The position numbers and the translations under genes were made by a program. Shown here one piece after another: positions 12,562 through 24,576 of a stretch of 64,000 nucleotides of DNA (the first letter of the stretch is position 1; each line of letters opens with the position of its first letter). This stretch comes from Hyphochytrium catenoides (taxonomy: Eukaryota; Protista; Hyphochytriomycota): positions 124,001 to 188,000 of the forward strand of contig FLMG01002456.1 in the NCBI GenBank assembly GCA_900088475.1, read 5' to 3'. A model generated the notes under the pieces. The model was not told the DNA's origin. It was given only the letters and a program-made list of their open reading frames with translations, and searched no databases.

Positions 12562-13969
12562 ACAGAGGGATACAAGTCCAGGTACCTGTCCTCAAGCTGG
12601 CTAGTGACTGAAAGATGTTGGGTCTTCGCTCATCGGCCATTACAGAGGAAGAATCTGTTCTTTGAGACTGCGGGATCTCTATCCACGATCTTGCCTCCCC
12701 AAACCTCCGCCCTGTTAGAGCCCGCCCTGCTACCGTCAAGGTTTCCTACTGAAAACATTACCATGTTTCGCACGAGGTATGCGCGTAGAAACATACAGAC
12801 GCCAGGCAGTCGGTAGTTCATTGAACACCTGCAAGTAAAGCCTCGGAGCAAAGTCCCTTCTTGCTGCCTGCCGCCAGAAGTCTGCTGCAGACCTGGCTAC
12901 GTCTTCTTTAAGCCTTCATGGTTAGAGTTGATGATAATATTGCTGTGACCTGGATTCCGGAGACATCCTAGCTCTTTTATGTGACTTGTGCATCTATTAT
13001 GTTACTGTCCGAGGTTTGGGGCATCTATGACTGAGGGTGCACTATTAATAGTTCCGCATTAGAATGTGGTGATGTATGGGGTTCTGACGTCGCTCAATAT
13101 TCAGGTTCGATGTTCCTTTCCTCTTATTGAAGTGAGGTTACATTCACTTACCCCTCCCGGCCCTCAATAACAGATCGAGGGCCATACGCCTGTGAAGTAG
13201 CTTCTGATCACAATGTATCCCCGAATACTCTTGACTGCCTCATCATAAACATTGTCTAAAGGCTCTAGATCAACAGCAGATTATGATGGCAAGTGCTATG
13301 CTGATATTTTAAACCATACTAAGAAACGTTCTTTTCGCTGAAGAGCACCACGGATATTGCTCTAAGTGGCTGGATACGTTGAAAGCCAAATGAAGGCATC
13401 ATTAGGTGCCAGGACATCCTGGCGAAGCACTAGGTACTAGCAGTAGTGCAAGATGCTGAGGATGTCGGAGCTCGGCCTTATTACTCTTAGCTTAGCATGG
13501 ATGAAAATGACTTGGCTGCTAACCCGACCGAACTCTCATCACCCATCGGTCAACCGCCAGGCTGCCGAATCTCCAACGGTAAGTTCTTCAACGTTGTCAT
13601 AATGTGCCAGCAGTTAGCCGACATTTGTATTGGCATATGTGGCATATGCACCATCGTTTTGGATCTACATAATGTAAATAAGTAGTGGAGGTGCTTCAAC
13701 ATGCAACGCTCCGCATAAAAGAACCCAGCATCAGACCCACGACCGAGCTCTCCCTCGTTGCGTTCCGTGGCAAGTAAGTCTCAGCTTTACCCTTTCCCTC
13801 CTGGGGTCAGAGAACTCTTCCTCACTTGGCCTGCCATCAGCATGGCAGAAAGCTCTCTATTTGCGGGGATGTGAAGGTGGCAACTAGTTGGAATCCCTTA
13901 GATGACCCACAATTGCAGCACTGGCCGTGTTGAGTATATAACGTTGCTGGTCAATTCAGCTCAGTGACT

Positions 13970-15074
13970 TTAGATGATGCTCCAGTTGTTCTCGAAGGCT
14001 CCAAGAAGTCGACTTATCGCCTGGGCACCGCTTAGCTACATAAGGAAGTATGAGGTTTTGACTATTCCAGGTTGACCTCTAACATATACGCGTACCGGGT
14101 AGTTTGAGAACGATATAAACTCTTCCACCTGCACACACCGACCCTATTAGTAGACAAACTCTAACAAGAGCACAGTTTTTCGGGTATCATACATAGGGGG
14201 CATCTTCCTGAGTCACTTGACCGTGTGCCATAGCTCCAATCATGAAAACAACCGGTTCATCTTGGGGCAAAGACTTGACAAACTCATGAATGTCCACCAG
14301 TTTGCCCTGGGTAGAACCACCTTGATTTTTGCAGGCGGCAAACAAGTTAGCAAAGGGCTGCTCATCAATGGATAGCCATCAGGGCATGTTACCTACCGTA
14401 TTTCCGAGCGTTTGGAGGAAGATGTCGCGAGACAGGATTTTTTACGACACGCATAAGAGTCTCAGAGCTGCTGGCTGCCCTGATCTTGAGCTTGTGGAGT
14501 AGTTGGACTAAACGCAGAGAGCGAGGTTTGCGTAAGCACTGTGAGGGGTGTGAATGTATTCCGGGAGGTCAACGCACTCATAAGGCCTGCAAATCTCTTA
14601 TAAGTCCGGGGGACCCGCATTTTGGGGTTGACCTCAATGAGCACATTAGAGGTGCTACGGATGTATACCTGTCTCCATTCGTTATACATCTAAACTTGCG
14701 GCTGCTAGAGGGGACGCAAGAGGCTTACCTTTAGCAGGCCTGCCTTGTTCAGTGGACTATCCAGCAATGAAAGCAGCTCCTACAGGCCACAGTTGGTTTT
14801 CCTGGAGGGTAGCGCGACTCGCCAAGACTTACCTGGTGTAGAATATCTGGTCTGGATTCTGAAGGGTCTTTATTCATCTTCCTATGCAATCCCTTGTGAT
14901 CATCGCAATTCAGCAACTGGTATCCCTATAAACACTCTCGTTTGGACCCAAGTTGGCATCAAATGGCACTGTCACTTCTACCTTGCTCGTCTTTACAGTC
15001 TCCAGTGCTGCCTTTTCGAGGACAATGATAACTTTCCTCCCGGAGAGAGCACCGTCCGCCGCCGATTCTGCCAT
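13970..15074 (-). CDS. EMG1: 18S rRNA pseudouridine N1-methyltransferase NEP1/EMG1 (SPOUT); 8 exons
   Basis: Spliced protein contains [65 protein letters not shown] and ends FENNWSII*. Confidence 0.95.
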
Positions 15075-16071
15075 AGTGGCCGTAGCACTTGTGCCTTCGC
15101 TTGATCTCTACTATCTCTCAATGAGGATGGACTCTGGATTTGGTTTCTGCTTCTAACATGAAGTTGCTTGTGACCTTCTTGCTGCTTCGCAAGTTGTCTG
15201 CAGAGTTAGAGAGCTTCCTCTTTCCTAGCAGGCTCAGAACTGCCCTTCTGTGAGTCAGTTCTCAACTTCATTCTCAACTTCACTTTCAATGGTGGAACGG
15301 TGTGCAAAGAGAGTCGGTAACGGCAGTCTGTCAGGGTTCTTGTCTGCGAAGAGTCATGGGGAGAAACCACACAAGGGTCAGTTCTGATAAAGGTTAGTGT
15401 AAAAGCAGCATTCATTTGGGTAACAACGTTCTCTCAGTCGCAGAAAGCAGCAGGCGCCACCGCTTTGCGCTGGCGACGTGCCATAGTGAGGCACGATCGT
15501 TAAGATTCCCATTTTCACCCCGTCATACCGAAAGAAAGGTAGTAAATATAGCTCTACTCCAATCATTGATATACGGCTGCTGCTTAGTAATGTGGATCGG
15601 GAAAGAGGCTTTATGTTGCCTACCAGAAGTACTATTATCCTCCCGACACTACAAGCACATTCCTCCGGAAAGGAAAGCAAGAACGCTTGAATGGCTGCTT
15701 ATAAGAACGACAGAAACAGTATAGATCTTTCATAAGTGAACAATTCCTCTTCTGCTGGCAAAGTGATTCAGCCTTAGCGTGGTCCTACTTAACGAAAACG
15801 TGGAGAAGATATATGTTGTACTGAGATCGCCACAGTCTTCTGAATGGCTTCAACAGTCCAAGCACGACCGTCGGGCGATTTAAACTGCCCTTGAAGTGGT
15901 CCAAGCTTCCGTACCGCTGTCTCGCAGGCGCGTCAGGTGCCCATTCCTTTATATGTGGTCTCACAACAACATGTTATTATAATAACTGCAGATTAAGCTG
16001 ACCAGCACCCGGTCACCTTCTTATTGGCTGGGCTCTAGTTGACCCGGTCTATCTTGAGAGTCAGCTTTCTG

Positions 16072-17253
16072 CTAGCCAAGCTTGGCAAGTGCCTGCGTCA
16101 TCCACCAACAGCTAATCTTGGCCATAGCAGAGGCACCGGACTTCTTCATCATGAATGCGTGATCCCACTCCGGAGAAATTTGAAACCGGACTTTCGGGAA
16201 GGTTGACGTGATGTACTCGGCATGTGGGTTCAAGGGAACCCATCCATCCTTTTCCGCGAAGAGAATAAGCATTTTCTCAGCTGAAAGGTCCATTGCCTCC
16301 GAATCTATGGCCAGCAGTTCTTCCATTTCTCCAAGGGCCATTAGCGTAAAATTGCGTACCACTTGATAGTCAAGGAGCCCCTCTATCGTGCAAGGTACGT
16401 ACTCCGAAGGCACGACATAAGATCCGAGTAGGGACTTCACTGCGCCAGGGAGAGTGGATAACAGTGCTGCCAGCAGGGCCACTTTCTGGCGATGATGCCT
16501 CAATATTGGATGAAAAAATCTCCCATTTGGAGTATTTCCGATCTCCATAAGCGTGGGCTGCATCAAGACCATAGAGATGACGGCATCGGGATAGCGCTTC
16601 GATAAGTTAAGAGCCATAAAGGCTCCGATAGAGTGCGCTGCCAGCAGGAACTTGAGGTTGGGATTCTCCTTGAGTCGTAGTTGGATATACTCCCCTTTGT
16701 GTTCAGTATTATCAGAAAAAGTATAGAGGTTCGACCCGTTGGCCCCAGCATTGTGACCAGTGTGGGATAAGCAGAATACATCTACTTTCCTACCCAACAG
16801 CGTATACAGTTCTATCAGATAAGGTACGTAGTAACCAGGAACACCAGGGTTGCCAGGAATCATAAGGACTGCTACGTCCTTCTCCCGTTTGGCTCCAACT
16901 GCCGGAATTTCGATCTGGTCTACAACCGCACCACTAGCGGATAATGTAACGCGCGTCAACCAAACCTCACCGCCATGAAAGCGCTGAAGACACCTTCGCG
17001 CATTCTTATCGTCCACTGGACTTTCAGGTCGCAGGCTGATATCACTCGAGGGCTTTACTGAGCCGTGGATAGGGTGGTGTAGTGTCTCCCAGACAAACCT
17101 TCCCGCAAGCGAGGGCACCATCCTAATTGTCAAAGCCATTGCGATGACGGCGCTGGCAAAGGGGACCCAAAGATATGGGACGGTTTCCAGTTCAGCCCAG
17201 GACCAAAAGTGCGCCAGATCTGGCAGCAATGAGACATCAAAAATGTCTTCCAT
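16072..17253 (-). CDS. Lipid droplet-associated hydrolase (LDAH/C2orf43)-like alpha/beta hydrolase, apparently intronless
   Basis: IPGNPGVPGYY motif, nucleophile elbow AHSIG, DGWVP, HAF, and an N-terminal hydrophobic segment. The ATG at 17253 is preferred over the non-ATG start in the ORF track. Confidence 0.82.
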   Translation of the reverse strand: MEDIFDVSLLPDLAHFWSWAELETVPYLWVPFASAVIAMALTIRMVPSLAGRFVWETLHHPIHGSVKPSSDISLRPESPVDDKNARRCLQRFHGGEVWLTRVTLSASGAVVDQIEIPAVGAKREKDVAVLMIPGNPGVPGYYVPYLIELYTLLGRKVDVFCLSHTGHNAGANGSNLYTFSDNTEHKGEYIQLRLKENPNLKFLLAAHSIGAFMALNLSKRYPDAVISMVLMQPTLMEIGNTPNGRFFHPILRHHRQKVALLAALLSTLPGAVKSLLGSYVVPSEYVPCTIEGLLDYQVVRNFTLMALGEMEELLAIDSEAMDLSAEKMLILFAEKDGWVPLNPHAEYITSTFPKVRFQISPEWDHAFMMKKSGASAMAKISCWWMTQALAKLG

Positions 17254-18109
17254 TTCTCTGGTGGTGGTCCGGCACCTATAAAGTAGCTTCCTTAAATGCA
17301 AAGAAGGCGAGAGACAGCGGACACAGTGTTCCTACCAACAAGTCCCTCGCCTCGAAACTGAGAAGAAGTATCCAACCCGAAACCAGCCAGCCAGACTCCC
17401 GGGTCTTCACCCACCTAGAAAGACCTTGGAGCCGTGAATTGTTCCAGAGATTAGCTCTAAATAAAGGCGTACCAAACTCTTGAAGTATGTTCGCGACTTG
17501 CAGACATAGGGGCTCCTACCCTCATGCCAAGGCCATGATGGTTACAAATGTACCGTGCAACGTGCATGTAGGTTGGTTGATACTCCTCCTTACTGGTGAT
17601 GATTTTGAAGAAAAGTGAGCTTCAAAGGAGCGCCTCCAATTGCTCTCCCTACTCCCTACACATCAGCGGCACATCAGTCTCCAGAGAATGTCTGCCGTGA
17701 AAGGGCTGGTAACGGTGATAAAGCTCTGTTGAAGATGCAGGCCCCCAAACCGGGACTTCCAATCCAAGGCCAATTAGCTTCGTCTCTTAGAGACCTAGAT
17801 CCTATGTAGGGAGTCTCTACAAAGGGCGATTCTCACTCTGTTGCCATTGAGCCATATCGCACAAGAACTACTAGTAGGTAGACAACGGGGGCTGTTTCCT
17901 GACGAAGGCTCGATACTACCACCTACCCATTAACCACACATCGTTCATCAGTCACGTTGTTGCTGCTATTGACCGTGCCGAACTTCTGTCATCTTTTGCA
18001 CCAATGGCCTTCATTGGGGCAAAGTTTCTAGGTGGAGGTGCTGGCTAGCGCGATCATCATCATCTACAACAAGCCCGACTTGGTGGTGGCCCTTTCTTGG
18101 CAACTGAGT

Positions 18110-19100
18110 ATGTCCCCATTGAAACTGCCGCGGAGCTTAATGGCAAAACTTAAAGCTGACTATCAGAGGGACGGCGTCGTATGCGTCCGGCAGTTCCTCG
18201 TAGACGACATCATTGAAGTGCTTCGTCACGGCATAGAGTATAATATACGGAATCCCAGTCATAGAAGCGTCGTCGCAAGCAGAGCAGATGACCGGGGCCG
18301 CTTCTTTGAAGATTTTTGTAATTGGCAAAGGATTCCAGAATACGACCACGTAATCGCTAGTAGCGCTCTTTCTGAGATTGCAGGCAACTTAACCGGTAGT
18401 TCGACTATAAGGCTCTACCACGACCATGTTCTGGTGAAGGAAGCGTTTACGGAGCAGCGAACACCATGGTATATGTCGCATAGGGTAGTAGGTTGCATCG
18501 TTCTCTTCCTCCCTTACTGAAGGTCGTACTGCTGGTAACCTGCTTCCTTCACAACTACGTAGGCATCAAGACCAACCATATTATAACATTAACGGGTCAC
18601 AAAACTGCTCAGTTTGGATACCTGTGGATCCAGTGCCAAGAAGTGCTTCCTTAGAGTTTGTGGCAGGGACCCATAAGGGACCCTGGCTCATGCCCCGATC
18701 CTTCATGACCAGTGAGGCCAAATGGTTTCCAGAGGGTACTTTAAAAGACATTCCAGATATTGACAGCCGTAGAGACGAAGTTGAGATCCTTAGCTGGGAC
18801 TTGGTGCCAGGCGACGCAATCTTCTTCCATATGCTGACACTTCATTCGGCTCCCGGCGTGACCGGCGATTTCCGCCGCAGAGCGTTCTCCGTAATTGTCC
18901 TAATTTTGTTGCTAGACTGCACTCCTCCTAGTGAGCTAACCCTTCTCACGCAGGTCCGCTTTATTGGAGATGACATCGTCCATGCTCCCAGGCCATGGAA
19001 AACATCGCCCAGCTTTCCAGAGATAGACGGGGTGTTGCTTGCTGGGGTCCCTCTAAACCACCCACTATTCCCCGTTCTATGGACGCAACATGACAGTTAA
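18110..19100 (+). CDS. Phytanoyl-CoA dioxygenase (PhyH) family Fe(II)/2-oxoglutarate dioxygenase; 3 exons
   Basis: Spliced protein contains DGVV, FFEDFCNWQRIPEY, YHDHVLVKE, TPWHQDQPYY (HxD), LEFVAGTH, GDAIFFHMLTLH and RRRAFSVRF. Confidence 0.9.
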
Positions 19101-20337
19101 CATGGACACGAGCGCGCGGGCTGCCATATTCTTGACAGTTGCGACTTGGGGCTAGCTTCAGGACAAGTCTCAAAAGTACTACTTTTATTGCTTGACACGA
19201 CGGTAGTTTCCGTCGGTATATGCTGCTTGCAGCTGGTGGACCATCCTACTACTCCGGCGGTGCTTAAGCTACTTCGATTCGGGGGAGAAGCACTGACCCT
19301 CCTCTCCTTCATGATGCCTTTTCGGAAAGTTTTCTTGGCGCCTAATGTGAGGAGAAGAGTGCATCGCTCAGAATATAGAAAGAGCTATTCACTTTAAGTA
19401 ACAGTCTCTCACTTATGCAAGAACATGTCACGGGCTAAAGTGGCTCTTCCTCACGGTATCTCTTTGTTCTTGGGAGCCAGTAATAATGCATAATAACCTT
19501 TCCTTAGTTGTTATAATAGGCCGCCCAGTGTCTGCAGCAGATGTATAATTCAAACTCTAAGCTGCCACGACCAATTATAAGATGATGAACTACCCAACAA
19601 CGGTCTCTTGCCTGGGTACGTACACCATCTTTCTGCACACAACTACCTTTGCCATGCATTTGTCTGTGTTTATGACCGCTTGTTGTCGTGTGGTGCATGG
19701 AGTTAGCTAGTGGCCTCTACTATTTCTAGTAACAAGCAAGTGAATGACATTCGACGAGAGACATCATTGACAGCGGCCACACTACCACTATTTATGAAAG
19801 GGTCAGCGCTCCGTCCGCCGAATGTCACGCTACGACATCACCTCAACAACCAAACTATTATTCATAATAAGAACTAATCGGTCACTAAATGTACGGCCAG
19901 GCAACGTTGCTGACCACTAATTAGAGGTCATATTTGGTGGCGAGAGGACGCCAGACGTTACACTCAGATACGTGCAGACTAACAGGACTAACAAAACTCT
20001 GGATTGATCAAGAAGAGCATATAAAATAAATCGACATTATTTCTGACGAACAAGACCCCTAGACTCCGAATCTAGTGGGGCACACAGAGAACTTGAAGTG
20101 TAAGCTTACATGGTAGCTGCTGAGCAGCAAGGTAGTGGAAACCGTGCAAGAGAGCACAGTTTACTACAGTAGGCAGAAAGGAGGCGGAGGAGAGTCTCTC
20201 CAGTCGCTCCTCAAAATGCGCTTTAAAAGACAGCTTTTTTCGTTCTGAGGCGGGCTCCAATAGGAATTGCCAATGGTTATGAGAAGGACAGTGGAGTCTC
20301 GAAAGGAGGTGAAGGCCAAGCTGATGTTGTGGGCCGC

Positions 20338-21888
20338 TAACGGATAGGTTCCCCTGTTCGTTTGATAATCGATAATTGAAGATGTGCTGGAGCTCAACAG
20401 AGCTTTTATTTATTGGCAATTCTAGAGATGCAGATCTCTCTTACAGAGAAAATTGCGAAGTCCTCTTCTACCAAGGACAGAAGCGGTGAATCGGAATCCC
20501 AAGCCGCTACTTGTACGAAGAACAATGCCCCGCAATAGATGATAAGTATTCACATGGAAGGTTGTTAAAGGCACGAAACATTCAGCCTTCCAACACTCCC
20601 CCGCTGAACTGAGGAAGACTCGATGAGCTCTTTCTCACCAGTCTCAAACAATTCAACAGCATCTAGGGAAGTGAGCAGAGGAAGCTTAAGTATTGTCCCA
20701 GTAGAAGGAATACAGGTTGGAGGAGATGACGGAGTAGGATACGCTTTCAGATGCTTGACGTGGACAGCTTTCCTGCCCATTTTTAGGCCTTAAGGGTCAG
20801 AGCCAGCAATTTCTGCTCTATGTTCTCAAAAATAAAATCCTGCCAATCTCGGGGGGTTTGAGGTGGGTCAAACTCCAAACTGCTAGACAAGACATCAGCC
20901 AGATTCTTCTCCCCCCAGAGATCTATCTGACGACGTTCTCGGCTATCAGTGAAGCACCTAACCTCTCCTTATCTTCGACTAGGCCTCTTTGTCCCTCGTC
21001 AGACTTGGGATCAGCACTAATAATATTACTACCTCTGAATGTAGGAGCTTCATTGGCAGGGCCCTTGCCTCTGTCTCCTTCACCAGAAGCAATACCAGCA
21101 CTACTCCCCCGCTGAACGCCTCGGACCTTCGCCTTTCTTCCGTCGAATAAATATCATGATGGCGAACTGCCTGTCCCGGCCTCATTGCCTTTGCAGAGTC
21201 ACATTGGTCATCAATCAGAGAGCCTCTTTGCTCCCTATCGTCTTCGGCAAGCCTCTTTGCTTCCCGCTTTGCCTGAGCTATATAGTACAGAACGCCATCA
21301 GATAGATCTCTGGGGGGAGAAGAATTTGGCTGATGTCTTGTCTAGCAGTTTGGAGTTTGACCCACCTCAAACCCCCCGAGATTGGCAGGATTTTATTTTT
21401 GAGAAACATAGAGCAGAAATTGCTGGCTCTGACCCTTAAGGCCTAAGAAAGCAGTGGGGCAGGAAAGCTGTCCACGTCAAGCATCTGAAAGCGTATCCTA
21501 CTCCGTCACCTCCTCCAACCTGTATTCCTTCTACTGGGACTAATACTTAAGCTTCATCTGCTCACTTCCCTAGATGCTGTTGAATTGTTTGAGACTGGTG
21601 AGAAGAAGAAAGAGCCCATAGCTCAGCTACCACGTTAACGGATAGGTTCCCCTGTCCGTTTGATAATCGATAATTAAAGACGTGCTGGAGCTCAACAGAG
21701 CTCTTTATTGGCAACAATTCTAGACATGCAGATCTCTCTTACAGAGAAAATTGCGGAAGTCCTCTTCTACCAAGGACAGCAGCAGGGAATCGGAATCCCA
21801 AGCCGCTACGAAGAACAATGCCCCGCAATAGATGACAACTATTCAGATGGAAGGTTGTTAACCGCACGAAACATTCAACCTTCCAACA
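20338..21888 (+). repeat. Direct repeat A: 20338-20595 and 21636-21888 (~255 bp, roughly 90% identical by eye)
   Basis: Both copies start taacggataggttcccctgt and end ccttccaaca, with scattered substitutions and small indels. Confidence 0.95.
20622..21620. repeat. Inverted repeat B: arms 20622-20939 and 21289-21620 (~315-330 bp, roughly 95% identical), 349 bp spacer
   Basis: The reverse complement of the left arm (agaacgtcgtcagatagatctctgggggg...gagactggtgagaaagagctcatc) aligns end to end with the right arm. Confidence 0.95.
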
Positions 21889-22562
21889 GGACAACGAAAG
21901 AAACTTCATGTTGCTTCTTGTGCTTTCAAAGGAGGAGAAGGGAGACGAAACCGAAGGTCTTGCTCATCCGAATCTATCGATCCATTCAAGCTGTTTATCA
22001 ATTCTCGAGAGTGTCAAGAGATAAAACTACGACCTCTACAAACGGCTGAGTTCCTGGTACTCGTAGTATCTGAGGATACCTCTCCATAGGTTACTCATCG
22101 TCTCATGGTCGTATAGAGTTTTACGAGGTGTGCGGTACACTTTCGGCTATTCTGCAGCTACGCTCAAAATAGGAGGAAGCTCAAATGTTTGATGACCACT
22201 AAATAATCTCATACCGATAACTGACCTTAACGAGAGTATTAGTAAATACACCTATAGCGGAGACTGTAGCGTTCATGGGCCTGTCAATCTCCCATTCGTA
22301 TCCGCAAAGCTGTGACTAAGGAGTCACCACGTACGCCTATGGTGACTAGGAGCCTAGAATAGCCGGTAAAAGTCACTTCGCGCGCAAGTGCAGTCAGTGA
22401 GACGATAGTCTCCCTAATCAGGCCTTTGATGCCCAAGCTCTATGGTCAGCAGAATCCTTGCCTATTTGTTCTGGTGGAGGCAGTCTCCATCAACTTTTTC
22501 GACTCACACGAGTCCGTCGGCAATTGACTAACAGTGGCGGGTGAATAGCAGATTTTGGGAAT

Positions 22563-24378
22563 ATGACTTCCGCGATGAAAGTCTCAACTTTGGCACCGCT
22601 TTTGAGAAGAAGCGGGCGGGTTGCTCAGTTCTCATCTGCCGCAGCGCAATTTCCAAGCTATGTGATCAACTCTCCAGCCACTGAAGTCACCACCCTTCCT
22701 AACAAGCTTCGCGTCGCCTCTGAGGTGTGACTGCTTATATATAGTTAAGAGAACGAAGTGGAGGTCTTAATTCCATGTTTCCGACGCTTTTCTCCTCTGC
22801 TCCTCAGGGCGGTCATGGCGAAACGGCAACGGTGGGCGTCTGGATTGACGCTGGTAGCAGGTATGAGAGCGCCGAAACCAATGGCACAGCCCATTTTTTG
22901 GAGCATATGGCTTTCAAGGGCACAATGAAGCGCACTCAGCAGCAGCTTGAGGTCGAGATTGAGAACATGGGCGGTCACCTGAATGCCTACACCTCCAGAG
23001 AGCAGACAGTTTACTATGCTAAGGTAGAATGTTCGTTATAATTTCGGGAAATCTGCCTGTGTTCACCGCTAGGTCGACAGGTCTTCAAGAAAGACATACC
23101 GAAGGCCATAGACATCTTGGCTGACATTCTTCAAAACTCGAAACTGGACGAAGATGCGATCAACCGTGAGCGCGATGTGATACTAAGAGAAATGGAAGAG
23201 GTCAACAAGCAGCAGGTGAGGGACATGAGGACTTTTCTGACAGCCATGGTGAGAACAGAAGTGCTCACTTGACTCCATGGTGTTTATGTTAGGAGGAGGT
23301 TATCTTTGACCACCTCCATGAGACAGCGTACATGGGAACCGGCTTGGGTCGGACCATTCTGGGACCGACTGAAAACGTCAAGAGCATTACTAAGCGCCAT
23401 CTTGAGGACTATATTGCCACACACTACACTGCCCCGCGTATGGTAATTGCAGGCGCAGGCGCCGTGGATCATGAGCAGTTGGTGGAACTCGCACAGAAAT
23501 CCTTTGGCAATCTTCCAGAGAAGTCCAAGAACCCAGCAGCTGCCGAACCAGAGCCAGCTATTTTTACGGTTTGTTCCTTAGTTGTCTAAAGACCAGCCTG
23601 GCTATGCCTCTAAGCTACTGTGCTTGATAGGGTTCTGATGTGAGAATCAGGAACTATGATCTTCCAGTAGCACATGTTGCTCTTGCTTTTGAGTCTTATG
23701 GCTGGACCAGCGAGCATGCATTCCCCCTAATGATTATGCAGGTATGATAGCTGATGCAAGAGGTAATCTAGGGGAGTTGACGTCTTATCTTTACTTGTTG
23801 CAGACCCTTATTGGCGCTTGGGATAGAACATCTGGGGCAGGGCCCAACATGAGCTCAAAGCTCGGTCAGGCAGTGGCAGAGCGCGGTCTGGCCCACAGCT
23901 ATACCACCTTCAACACGTGCTATAAGGATACTGGACTGTTCGGTGTATACTCTGTGGCAGATAGGTACACCCTGCAGGACCTCGTTTGGTACACCATGGA
24001 GTCTCTAGTTCGGTTGGTGCACAAGACCAGCGACGAGGAGGTTGACAGAGCGAAGACACAATTGAAGGCGAATATGCTAATGCAGCTTGATGGAAGGTAA
24101 GTGGCGTCATGTCGTCACGCATATGGCGGATATGCTCACTTTATGTCCTTAGCTCTGCGGTCTGCGAGGATATTGGTCGCCAGATGCTCACCTATGGGCG
24201 AAGATTAAGCCCAGCCGAGATATTTGCCAGAATTGACGCTGTAGATGCTTCTGCAGTCCGGTACACTGCAGACCAGGTCATCAATGATCAGGAGCACGCT
24301 CTTGCTGCAATTGGACCCATTGAAGGGCTGCCTGACTACAACTTCATCAGACGCCGCTCCTACTGGCTGAGGTACTAG
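22563..24378 (+). CDS. PMPCB: Mitochondrial processing peptidase beta subunit (M16B); 7 exons
   Basis: Presequence, then [27 protein letters not shown] (HxxEH), [41 protein letters not shown] and SYWLRY*. Confidence 0.96.
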
Positions 24379-24576
24379 GCACGGCTTGTGTTTTACGTGA
24401 GGAAGGGCAGTTAGGAAGCAGCAAGACCATCAGTTCAGGAGTAATAATTATCAAACACCGACGGACACCTAAGCTTGGTGTTGTTAAATTCAGCTATATT
24501 AGTCTTAGCAAGAAATAGAGAGGTTAGCTGCTTGTCAAGGTTGACACAGCCGAGCTTTCCTGTGGAAAGAAAGCCC

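Larger units (their letters stand above)
20120..21888. mobile_element. Decayed, rearranged transposon-like (possibly non-LTR retrotransposon) fragments
   Basis: Intergenic, internally duplicated in both orientations, with broken reading frames. One frame has VYYSRQKGGGG (20159-20191), which resembles the LYxxRxxGGxG motif C-terminal to non-LTR RT domains. No YxDD core is visible. Confidence 0.35.

Noticed and set aside
12307-12816. 169-aa ORF with AHGSWLM repeats
   Set aside because: The peptide repeat is just the translation of the 7-nt tandem array. The ORF has a non-ATG start and no recognisable domain.
12860-13960. Long intergenic stretch with scattered TGATGA/CTGA motifs (possible C/D snoRNAs)
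   Set aside because: The boxes are not correctly spaced, and I recognised no terminal stems or rRNA guide complementarity.
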